Positions 52,201 through 64,000 of a stretch of DNA of 64,000 bases are shown in pieces. Made by a program: the position numbers and the translations under genes. The first letter of the stretch is position 1. Each line of letters begins with the position of its first letter. The DNA comes from Raillietiella orientalis. Taxonomy: Eukaryota. The notes below the pieces were generated by a model, which had not been told where the DNA came from, did no database searches, and saw only the letters and a program-made list of their open reading frames with translations. The DNA lies in NCBI GenBank assembly GCA_036172245.1, contig JAYWIR010000019.1, forward strand, positions 3,038,001-3,102,000, read 5' to 3'.

Positions 52201-55200
52201 CGTTGTCGTGATCGATCTTTCAGCTCACAAGGAGCACTCAAGAAATCCAGAATAGGAGGGGAGAAAAAGAAAAAAAAAAAAAAGATCTCTGGTGGTCACA
52301 GAATCAGCGGGTCTTCGCCATCTTTGCACAGTCCCCAACGTCCTTCCTTGAAGTTGACCGATGCTTGTCCTTAGGGCTTGAATGTGTACTGAATCGGTTC
52401 CAGACTGAGTCTCCCAATTCGGTCGTAACTTTCATAATTCTCCTTGAATGCTCAGCTTTTGATTCGATTACTCGTGGTTTGTTTTACGAATCTCAGTAGC
52501 GTGCAGGCAGTGGCATTTTAAATCATTTTCCTGGCCGGCAGAGGCTCTTGAGCTTTCGTGGCGCTTGCTTGTTCGTTGATGAGGAACTGCGTAACACACT
52601 GTTACACAAAACTTTCGTGATTATCTGATGGAGCCTGACACCTAAAACTTCCATTTCGCTTCTGTCACCGAATATCGTGACATCTTTCGAACGATCCAGA
52701 TACTAAATTTGTGAGCTGAATGCGCACATCTCCGGACGCTGTTGGAGCCTCCAGACTCCTTTCCTTCATGAGGAATCCGGTTTTCAAGTCCTAATGAGGC
52801 GTTCAGCCTAAAGTCAAATGATGTCGGATAACCGATATCTTAATATCTGCTTGCATATAGTCAATATAAGAAACGGGTATTGATAATCTCGAATTCTTTA
52901 GTGATAGTAAGGGGTGGAGCTATGGCAGAGGAAATTGAGAGATTTTCATTATAAAGAAATATATGGTAGTTCCCAAGGATAGTTACTGGTTGGATGTTAG
53001 TTATGGAGACGGGATTGATGGGCAAGGATCGGAGAGGTGTGGTGCTGGTAATTACAGTGAGGAATTGATTAATGCGAATTAGTAGAGTAGGCGAATTGGC
53101 TGATAAAGGATGCCTGGAATGAGAAGGGGGGGAGGGTGGCATGTCGGGGTAGTTCATAAGGATAACATTCCAGTGTTTAATTTTATGTCCTCCAAACAGC
53201 TGTGCCTAGAGTTACTTTCCGAAGATCAAAGATTCCAACTTTTGAAACTCGAATTCCTTGCTGATGGCAGTACCTCTTCATCTAACCTTTGTTCCAAAGC
53301 TTGCATCTTCTACCTGTTACATTCGGAGCCTGCAAGCTCTCAAGGAAAGCAACGTCTGCAAAAATTTTGCTCTCTTTTAATCCAGACTTCCATAACTTTC
53401 TTTTTGGCTTTCATCTTACCAATTGTGCCACGAGGGATCATTGCACTCCTCCTCATCAAGCAGCATGTTTTAATCTTTCTAATGCCAAACCTCTTGCAGA
53501 CTTCCAAAAACTCTTAAGGCAGATTCCAACACCCTCTTCTGTCCTTAAAGCTGGTTAAAATTCGTCAGTCTTCCAAACTCTTTGTGCGCCTTGTAAGCTA
53601 GAAGGTAAAGTGACCATTGGAATCAAAATTTCGATCGTCATTATGATTACAGTTTTCATTTCATTTCGTCTTCCTCTTCATTACGAATGGAATCCAAGGT
53701 CAAGATGATCAAAGCCCTGCGGTCAGTCTTCCGGTTTCGCACTTCCATTCTCCATTTTCAAGAGATTTGGTCTCATGAATTTTTTTTTCAATTTTTTTCC
53801 CCTCCAAGAGAGCGTCATTTCCTGTTCATTGAGCACTCACAGACCAGTGGATACAACGGATCCACTATTCAGAGAAAGATGATCTGCATCATGCAGACTT
53901 TGTAACCTCTCTGACGAGGTTGTGTTGATTTGTGTTGATCCTTTGTAGCATTCCTTTACAACTCTTATTCCATTCTTCTCTACAGGCTGCTTTTCATCCA
54001 AACAAGAATCCTCTATTATCCTATAAATCTGTAAGGCCTGCATCCTTGTTTTGAGCTTGATGTACATCGGGAAAATTGCTTTGTTTTTGCACCATCTACA
54101 GAAGCATCTACTCATCTACTCCACATACAGCAAATCAGAGTATTGGGGAGAGGCACTAAAAAACTGAGACTTAATCTCCCCAACCATCGCACCACCGCGG
54201 AAGCAATGATCTTCGGTTGTCTGTACATCATTAGCGATTAATATTGCAAGCAGCATCTATGCTGATACGCTAGATCTAGCGCGGAGGCTGTATCTACTCT
54301 CGTGTTGCGATCCTGCTCCACCATGGAGGTTTTGGAAACTCTTCTGTTTTGAAACGACTCAGAAGAACGGCTCCCTTTAAAACTGAATTTCGAGAGGGCA
54401 ATTACCTTTCACCGAAACTTGCGATGCTTTCACGGGACCCTGGAAGAAAACCAAGAGTCCATGATTACACAGAGGAGCTTTTCGGCCATCCGGAAGAAGG
54501 AAATGCCGAAATTCGCCAGGAAGGCTACCTTCATCGGGACCAGCTAATAAGTAGCAGCAGAACCTGGAAGATACAGCCGATCCGAAAATGAAGAACCAAC
54601 TTGAGAATCGACCTGAAACGTGGTTATGTGTACACACGCAATCGAAGATTAAAAGTCTAGCAGGCCGTTGTAAATATGAATAAATTAAGATGAAATCTTG
54701 TTCCCTGCGCCTCTGCACCTCGAGCTGTTGGAAGCTGCGTTTTCCAAAGTTAAGAAAGTTAATGGACCCTATTGCACGTACTTTATCTTTCGTGGTTTTG
54801 TATGTTTGCGTTCCATGCATTTAGCCCCTTATGTGATACGCAAGAAGATTGCCGATAAAAGAAACAGCGCCTTTACTGCGAGCAGCTGAGAACCTGCAAT
54901 TTAGACTGCTGAACCCAAACGTGACACAGGGAGAACAGAATGCACAAATGAGAACTTGGGATCGCAAGTACCTGGTTATAAAATCCGAAACGATAAGCAA
55001 AAATCTATTCCGCAATTTCGTACACGTTGCTTGGATACAGAATGGAATACACAGTCTATTAAGACGGGATTCCACAGTTTTGGTGCTTGCTGCGAAAAAG
55101 AGGAATCCAGTATTTAATAGGTGTCACGACAGGAACAACTACACCGTTAGATACCTAAAAGCGCCACGATTTTCCTTAGATTCTTAGAATCCTATGCAGG

Positions 55201-55733
55201 TCTGAAAATTCAATTCGAAAACCTCTCAAGCATTTATTCGAAGGATTTTTTCCCTATTTCAGTTCTGTGTATCTCCGTACATGCACCAGAATAGGATGAT
55301 GACTTAAAGTGCGGTTCGAACCCCTTCCTGTTCTGAGATTCTGAAGGATTCCCTTAATTAATGGTTTGAAACTGACATTCATGGATCTAAAAAGATTCTT
55401 CCTTAAGGCATTATGATTTGTTCTTCTGGCAGGTTGTGCTTTTATTTTTTTCCCTCAGCTGATTCATTTTCCTATGAGGAAAGACTCAAACGCTTGAACA
55501 TCTCCAAAGAGTGTCGACAAGCAGTGACAGAGGCTTTTGAATAAATGATCCCATTTCGGCCTGTGGTCACGTTCCACTGAAAGCACGTCCCAGAAGGAAT
55601 GGCAGCTGAAGTTCATTACTCATCGGTGAAGTTTGCTTGTGAGTGGATAAAATAGAACGGTGAGCGTGGTGGTGGTGCTGTGAAGGAATCTGGGATGGAC
55701 AAAGCTTCCAAAAGCAGACTCCAGGATGCTTGC

Positions 55734-55812
55734 CAGCTCGAATAATAATCACCAAAGAAGTAATCAGTGTTAGTGTGAGTGTTGTGGAGCACTGTCGGAC
55801 TAGCTGGGTCAT
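55734..55812 (-). CDS. Candidate signal-peptide exon B of the beat gene (needs a GC donor)
   Basis: acgaagATG then MTQLVRQCSTTLTLTLITSLVIIIRA followed by G|gcaagc. Phase 1 joins 34650 in frame (G+AG=Glu). Good hydrophobic core, but a non-canonical GC donor and a roughly 21 kb intron. Confidence 0.35.
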
Positions 55813-57185
55813 CTTCGTTATAAAGAAATCACACGTACAATACGAGCGTACACTGACCAAAGATGTATGTGTAGCAGAGGTGAATTCGAAAGTGAAATTC
55901 ATGTGAATAGCGTTTTTTTTTTTCTCTTTGTGGAAAGAACGCTGACCCAAGCACTCCTTTGCAAAAGGTCACAACTGATCACGAAGAATTCGATGCCTTT
56001 TGACAGAATTCTCGGCTGAGTTTTAGGTCCTGACGAGCAGCTTTTTCAGAATGTGGCAAAGGGTGCATACGTAAAATAAATGCCTCCTACTTCCCATGAC
56101 TCAGACTCAAAGAATATGTGTGTCTTTTTTTTCCTCAGCATCCCTTGTGCCATGTCTTTTACACAAGTTCAAAGATATAGGCATGTATGATTTCTTCACG
56201 AAACTTTCACACTTCGAGGTTCTGTAACTTCAATATTTCTACAATCCTGGCAAAGGCTCCCTTCCTCTTCATGGTTGATTTTTGTTTCCTCATCAGAGTC
56301 CATGATAAATAAATAAACATTATTTTTCTTGATAAAAAAAAAAAAAAAAAAAAAAGCCAATCGCAAGGACGCAGGCGCATGAGCGAAGGAATAAACAATT
56401 TTCATACCGCTGAAGGTAAATTATATCTGTAGCAAACCGCCGTTATATCCGATGCATATGATAGCTTTCGGCCTATGAAAAAAAACTAAAAATTCCTGCA
56501 TTGCAAAAACAAAAAGCTCTGGAAGTCCATCTGCAGACGCAAAAAGACGGTTGAACTCCAGAAAGAGCGGGGATGAAAGAGTTAGCTCATTTGGATTTTT
56601 TTTTGGCTAATTGCTGCTGAGTCCTAGCACACACCTTCATAGGAATTGCCGAAGACCTTAAGCATAGCTGAAAGGCATATCGAAATTCAAGTAATTAGTG
56701 ACTTTTTTTCTTGCGACGAGTCTTCCTGTAGGGCGTTCCTGGGAGTGGAAAACTCGTTCTGGTGAAATGACACCCCAAGACAGCATCAAAGATTTCACCC
56801 CTTCGATAGCGGTAGAAAAAGGGGGAAAAAAAAAAAAAAAGCAAGTGGAGCATAAACTACATCTGCATACTATGTCTTCATACTGTTCAATGCTCCTCTT
56901 TGAACTCTTCGAATTGTCTCTGATCTCGGTGATACCCCAGCAACCAACGTCTCTTATTTAGACTGAGTTTCTGAAATTGTCAAAGCGTTTGCTTATGTGA
57001 GGAAATAGAAACGGAGATACACTATTGGAACACATGAGAAATACATCACTCACCTGAGATTAGGTGATCACCTAGTCTCGTCAAACCAGTCTCGTCAAGC
57101 GTCAAATTCCTACCAGCGGATCCTTTCCGGGTTTCCTTCGGAGAAGATGAAATGGGGAAGACACTCTCCTCCCGGGGGGTGTCCT

Positions 57186-57350
57186 TCCGGAGAGAATGAG
57201 GAAGGGGATTCCCTTCTGAGACAACCAGGGTGTAGGTGCGATCTCGCCTTCCTGGGGGTATCCCTCCATAGGCATGAGAGGAACCGGACTCCGAGCCCTT
57301 CCTGGATTCATAGAGCGGACCCCCATCCCGGGGTGCCTCCTATCTTGAAG
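57186..57350 (+). repeat. Two-block dispersed repeat, copy 3
   Basis: tccggagagaatgaggaagggg (57186-57207) and ttcctggattcatag (57299-57313). The downstream cctatcttgaagaatt matches the flank of copy 2. Confidence 0.75.
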
Positions 57351-59299
57351 AATTATACGCACCCTCCGCGGGTGGCATGGAACCGTGCTAAAGATCCACG
57401 TGCGCCGCGAGGCATATGACGGCTCTTGAGGTGAACAGCGAGGGCAGAAGAAAAAAGAACACCCAAAGGATTCCATCATCCCCGTAAGTGTTCTCGATCA
57501 AGGTCATGATGTGAAACCATGGTGAATCAAAATCTCGGAGTTATGATCCTCCATAGCTGTGGGGATGAAGCTCGAAAGATGCCGTTGGAAAGAGACTTCG
57601 TGATTCAACTTTCGTTTCCCGGATTCCCGCCTCAGCAGCAACTGAGCTCTCCGACTCAAGAAACATGACTAGGAGATCATTTTGTGGTTGCAAACATACC
57701 AGCTTCGGCATGCCCTCTCTTCTCTTTGAGGCAAAGTCAATCACGTTCTCCCTTTCGTACCTTTCTAGATTTTACACAGTCTTCAACATTTCGGCTCTTT
57801 TTTTTTTTCCAAAGCCGTCTTAAATCTGCAGCTCGCTCACAGATTTTGCAGTCCATCATCATTCCCGACTTCTCATCAAGTGATTGTCCTTTTGCTGCTA
57901 GAAGGTTCTACGAAAACTTCTATCCAGGTTTCGCTTGTTTCGATAGAAACGTCTGCCGCAATCATAGGTCCTTCTGTTTGAAACTCTGATCGCTTAACTC
58001 ATGGAACAACGTGAAGAAATCTCTCTTTGGGCTGTTGGCGGACACTGTTCTCTGCATAAGAATGGGTGCTGAGACCGTACCTTTGTGTACCTTCAGCCTC
58101 ATTCTTCTAACCAGACTGGTCGAAATGAAAAAAAAAAAAAAAGGAAGGTGAAAGACTGCTCCAATCCTCAGACATGCAGCTTTTTGAAGATTTCTCTCAC
58201 CCGTGACAAAGAAGCTGTGGTTTTTGACATAACCATTCCTTCTTGGAACCAATTCATCAGGGTCGAACTTTTTCTCTACTTTTAATTACTGCGCGAGGCA
58301 CATCAGTTTTGTTGCATATTAAGTGATCAAATTATCTCTTTCTCGGTCGATATATCTCCGGATCTCTCTCGTTATGGATTTCGTAACCATGTTGCAGCCT
58401 CACTACTCTGAAAGTTAGGAATCCCGACAGTTGATAATGAGATGGAAAGAAAGAAAATCGGGAAAAGGTCGATATGTAGAGGACCGTTATTTTTAACCCT
58501 GATGATAATCCAGATAACACTTCGTATCATGTTGTTCCTAATACATTGAATGTCCGTTTCAGTCACCTTGTTGAATTTTTTTAAAAAAAAAATTCAAATC
58601 TCTTGACTCGAACACGAAAAAACTGACCTTCTTCTTTCCTTTTTAATACCGAAACGCGATTTTCATCTTTCCAGAGTCACTCTTTCAATGCATCGAAAGA
58701 ACTGCGATGGTAGCTATCGTCCACAGCAATGCAGCCAGCCTCTGCAGATCTCTCAGTCATGTTGTATCGATTTCGTAACCTCATAGCATTCATTTCTTTA
58801 TTCTTTTCCTCACTGCGAAATTTCAAAAGGAAAAACAACGTTGAGATTCGCAGAGGCAACGGAACCGTGCTAAACGTTTTAGAATACGAATTGTCTTCGA
58901 ATTTGGAAGCTACTTTGCTTGTTACTAGGAAACCACTGCTCTGGCAAGAACCATCAGAGATTGCAGAGCGGTAGTATTGTTTTTTTCTTCTTTGTAGAAA
59001 AATAAACGATTTACAGATCCTCCAGATCAATCAAACGAGCAAACGAAAACGCGATTCTTATAGATAAAAGCCTCTTCATTTTTATCTAATGGAATGGATT
59101 CCTGAGGGAAGATGTCTCTTCAGAGATACAATCTTAATGGGTGGGTGCACCAGCTACAATGAATTTAGGTATGTGTGAGTGCCGAGCACGTCTCACTCCG
59201 GAGATGGGCTACATGTGGAACGAAATGAGCTCCAAAGAAGATCACAGACACTTGCAAAGTTAAATAACGGAGGAAGTGGTCGTCGTTTCCTCTATTACC

Positions 59300-59780
59300 A
59301 TTTTTCATTTTTTTTTCACTTTTTGCATCTGCATTTCATGAAGAGATGAACCTGGAAGCAAAAAATGAGCCAACAGATTCTTGGTGTGCCCAATGGCGCA
59401 GCAGCTGGCGATGAGCCACTGTGACGATAGGATGGTGCAGGCTGAACTTCTTTCGGGAGACCCTGCGACCAAATTTTCATGGTATCTTCCTGTATTTGAA
59501 TGCCTGAAAAAGTCGGAATTAGAATTCGCAAGTGTCAGAAAGAAGAGAATCCTCATTCGGGATGAAGGTGCTAGGCGGGGGTGGTTAAGGTGATTCAAGA
59601 GATGAACTCGAATGCCGTGCAATTTATGCTCCCATGAATATCCAGCAGATATCTTCAGACGCTGCTCTATGTGGATGGTAGGGATCAAATGTACTTTAGG
59701 TTTGGGGACGGCACTTTGCTTAAAGAAGTCAAGAAACGATTTCTCGCGAAGATTATTTCCACCGAGGGCAATCAATAATT
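59300..59780 (-). mobile_element. Possible Tc1/mariner relic
   Basis: HIEQRLKISAGYSW resembles H...RL.FA..H..W. No intact DDE triad seen. Confidence 0.22.
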
Positions 59781-62700
59781 ATGCGAACCTTTTCGTAAGT
59801 CAGCATCTGTACTCTCCACTGCATTCTACATGGCAGCCGTTGAATCATGGGAACGTCGGAACCTCAAGGTCACATGGTATATATATTTGCTGCCCCCAGG
59901 CAAAATATCCGTTTATTACCTCATTTCGCGAAAACCGAACTCGCAAATTGCCGCGTAAAAGTAATCTGACCAGCTCAGTACCGGGTCATGCTGAACCTGA
60001 AGGTTGAAAGTGGCGTACTGACTGAGATGGTGTAAAGGTTTCATGTGCTCCTCCTCTCTTCTTTCGAGATAGAATGTTTTGCCTGCATGGACGTGCATTT
60101 CGTTTTGCTCTCCGAAAGGGATGCTTGCGAAAACGCAGCTTCGTGGAAATTCAGATCTCGTGGAAATGCTTGTTCTCGTCCGCGGGGATAGCTGCGAGCA
60201 AGGAAACCGTTTGGAGAGAGCACTAGAAGGAAAACATGGAAATGTGGGAGAGATTTGGGTTTCGAACTCTTGGTCCACTTAAAAGAAAACAAGGACGATA
60301 GATTCTCGACGTCGAAAGTCTCTTAAGGCTGCTGCAACGGTTACTTCTAACATTTGGCGTGATGACCAACTCACATTAACTGCAAGGCAATGTCTGCAAG
60401 ATTGAGAAGAAAATAGAGAATGGAAATACTGTGCAAGAATCCGGGGGGGGATCCTTCTCCCGTAAAATCTTTTTGCTGCAGGATTTGAAGGAATGATCCG
60501 AAAACTTCATTCAGATGAGAAAAACAGCAGGGTGGTGGTTTGCTTTGCAACTGGGAAGAGCACTTTCTGCTATCACGCTAACGCACCGAGATGCTCCATA
60601 AATCTCTCGCTCGCATTCATGGAAGGGTTATCTTTGAACTCTTGTGTAAAAGACATGAAAGCCGCTTTTCTCGGGAAGGACTGCTCTGTATCTATCATGG
60701 AATTGCTAATGCTGCCAAATGTCTCGTTCCATATTTATATGAGTTAATGAGGCATGATTTGAGTAATCAAAATTGCTGCTGGGGTCTTTAAATTAACGGT
60801 GAAGATGAAACTCGAGCATTAGAGAAGATCTTTTGGAAAGAGGGCAAACGATCAGCGAAATAAGTTCTGAAGGAAGAATTGGATCTTTTTTTTTTTTTTT
60901 TTTTCAGGAACTCCTTCTTTCGACTGCTTAGAAGAAACTGGAGGCGAAGAGATTGTCAGCTTGCTGAGGGGGAGGGGGGAGGCAACGCTCAAAAGATTCA
61001 CGTAACCAAGCTCATGACCCCACGAAAGTTTCCTCAGCATCGCACCAAATTCGAAGGGCTGTGTGAAATTCCAAAGAAGGGAAGATATCCGCTCCTCTTG
61101 CTATTCATTCCCTCACCTTTGTCTTTGATTTCAAAAAGCAAACACACATTGGAAGGTTCGCGGAAATGATGGGGAATTTAGGCAGCGTTCGGTCTGAGCA
61201 GATGGCTCACGTGACCGAAGTCCTATAAACCTCCGGGTTCCCCTTGAGAGAACAAAGCACGATGCATGCAGTGGTCCGCTCCTGTGCTGTAGCCCTCCTC
61301 CCTCAGGGGCCGAAAACAAAAAGCCCGTCTTTCCTCCGGGATGGTCGTACTCGGACCAGTCTTGATAGCAGCTGCGGTGTGGCGAGCGGGTTAGGGATGG
61401 CGCAGAGATACGTACATATACAAAATGCTTCCGGATCCGGCATGTTCACCTCGCCGAACGAAAACGCAGGATCGATGAGGGTTCGAGAGTGGCTAGAAAA
61501 AAGAAAAAAAAATAAAATGAAATCGCGCACAAAAAAAAAAAAAAAAATTGGAGCAATCAGGAATGAATTTAGCAGAACACTGCAAACGGCAAGATGAGAA
61601 AAGAAACGACAAAGTTGCATTGAATTTTGTGAGATTAGGACGAAAGAGACACTGAGCCGCGTTTAATCCCTCGTGGCATTAAGAAGATACACCGGAAAAA
61701 GCGGAAGGAAAACACTCGCTCTGAGTGTTTTCGGATGCACTGGATTACTTCGGCTGGTCCTGTGCATTGTTTAACATCAAAAAGGATGGATCCCAGTTAC
61801 AGACAGGAGGAAATGGAACCGGGCGACTGGAAGTTCCTCGGATCCATCCGAAGAAAGCAATACTTCGTTTGAAGATATAGAAAAATCTGATAATGGGATT
61901 CAAAAAAAGCTGATGAGAATTGGCGAATAGAATGGACCAGTCTGCTAGTCAAGGGGACAACTTGACTTTAAAGGGAAGCTGAAATGACTTTGGTGGTAAG
62001 CAACAGTAGAGCTGCACAATCCTAAGCATGAGTGGGGGAACTTACCCTCAGTCCCCGACCACCCCCGAATAAAATAACGAGGGCAGCGTCTTCGCCAGAA
62101 TAATTTCTTGTAAAAAGCAACGTCAAGTGCAAGTGGGGAGGGGAACGAGATGGGAGGGGATGCTCGAAAAATTGGACCCTGCTTTCACCTTACCGTCCAA
62201 CAGAACTGTCTGTCCGAATTGTAGGTACGTAATGTGGTGGTTCCCCTTATTTCCTCTGATTTCAAAGTATGTTGAAGATTGGAGCATTCTTTCTTTTTTT
62301 TTTTTGGTTCAAACGCTTGCAGAACTCGCTGCGTGCTTTTTGAGTTGCAGACGTGCAGACTCATGGAGAGCATCTCCATACATTGCTGGCGATAGTAACC
62401 GTTTGTAATTAAAATATGCGGCTCTTATGCAAAGCTAAAAGTTGCTTTCAAATCTCGAAATTGCAATCCGCATTCCTCATCTTTCTGCTGGCAAACCATG
62501 CAAATGGGAAAGTGCAAACTGCCTCCTGTTTTCGAAGGACTTTGAGGTTTTCTTTTGTTAGCATCCAACTGATGTCATGAGAAATGATAATTAAGTTTTC
62601 TTGGATGGCATTTGACTTTTATTAAATACGACATCTGTATGACTTGATCCTAATAAGAATATGCGCCGATAGGATGTTTCGTACGGAGGATTGCCTTGCT

Positions 62701-63579
62701 GCTAACCGAGACGCGCATTGAAATGACCGCGGAAGACTCCAAGGGAACGGGAGGAGGATCCATGTATCCCAGGGTCTTTTAGAGAAAAAAACAGTCTCTT
62801 TCCAGCTAGGATTCTCACCAGCTGGAATTTCTCTGCTTCTCCTAAGCAACTCAGTTATACAGCTTGCTGCCTAGCTTCCCGACGTTTGCAAAGTGAGGAC
62901 TAGAGCGACAGCCAGGAGAACCCCCTAGCAACCACTCCATTTGGACTCAGTTTTCGGGAAAAAGGAATCGCCGAGTGAAGAACCATGGAATTTATGCCTT
63001 TCCGTTGCAAGAGAGCTTACGTGAGCTCGTCATGTATACTGGAATGATGCTGGCTCCTCTGGACATCTTGTGTACATGCACTTAAGCTGGAAGCTGTGAG
63101 ATAGAAGAAATCATGCATTCATCATAATGGAAATGGAAAACGACCCCCACTTTTTTTTTTCTCCTAAGAACGTGTGACCTTTTAGAATGAAGTATGAAAT
63201 AAATCGCCATCATTCTATGAACTCGACAGTCCCCGAAGAAACGGATGCTGTGGATTCATTTTTGAAGGCAAATTCCGCCTTCCACTTTTATCACACCTAG
63301 CTCGCAGAGTCGAAGACACACTTTCCTATTTCTTATCTCCACTTCTCTCTGTAGATATGCTATCAATCACAGTGCCTGTAAGATATCTAAAAATTTAAAA
63401 AAAAAAAAAAATTCCAAATACCCTGCTATTCATCATAAGGAGATGTTTCGACAGATCTTGCTAGGATATATCCCTTATTTCTCTCCTGAAGGTCCAAGGA
63501 TCAAATCTGCTCCAGCTATTTTCTGGACAGCAGCCCCGTGGCAAAATTATCCCGTCGTTGGTTCGGCCGCAATTATTTC

Positions 63580-63810
63580 TCTCACCTTCCTTCGGAAGAG
63601 GAGACATTGATCCCGTCTATTAGAGCTCGATTTCTCCTCCACGATTCTGTAACAGCCGCCGAGTAAACACCTGAAATCTTACCACGTAAGCGAGAAGGGA
63701 TGCTAAGAGGACTGACCATCCGTCCGACCACAGCTGCAGAGCAGCCCGAGCCTTCCATCTCAGCCAATTCTGTCGGTCGCTGTTCTGGAAGGTCTGTTCC
63801 ATTTCCCTTG
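63580..63810 (-). mobile_element. Non-LTR RNase H relic (I/R1/LOA-type)
   Basis: ATDR, then GCSAAVVG...SRLRGKISGVYSAA...AL, resembles TDGS...G.A.V....RL....SVY.AE..AI..AL. Confidence 0.45.
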
Positions 63811-64000
63811 CCTTGAGTCCTGGTGTTCGCTACGTCCTGATTCCCATTCGATTTTTATTTTTACAGGAGCTACCATGCCACCACATTGGAACTGGTTTCC
63901 ATTACTCGGAGCAACCAACCACAAGCACGGGGTTCACAAATCTGTGCTTCCGTTATTACGAACGTTTCGAATGGACCCTATAACTCCGTTCACGCCGAAC

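Overview
Eukaryotic, most likely arthropod, genomic DNA. It has GT-AG introns, microsatellites and many A/T homopolymer runs, and no operons, rRNA, tRNA or CRISPR were seen. One host gene is well supported: a minus-strand Beaten-path (Beat) family two-Ig-domain cell-surface protein with four phase-consistent coding exons (34650-34448, 31095-30960, 30089-29962, 29283-28963). Its signal-peptide exon is unresolved, with two candidates. Most of the rest of the window is decayed transposable elements. The best preserved is a near full-length but broken restriction-like-endonuclease (RLE) non-LTR retrotransposon of Utopia/NeSL type (about 13897-18200, minus), which has no U2 snRNA in its flanks and carries a nested L1/Tx1-like 3' fragment. 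There are also many relics of an L1/Tx1-like family, other LINE relics (APE endonuclease, RT, zinc knuckles, RNase H) and possible Tc1/mariner remnants. Unexplained structures are a T/Y-shaped hairpin at about 24.9-25.0 kb, a two-block dispersed repeat, two local duplications and strongly G-skewed segments. I found no convincing evidence of a wholly new biological system. TE relic boundaries are approximate and rest on degenerate motifs translated by eye.
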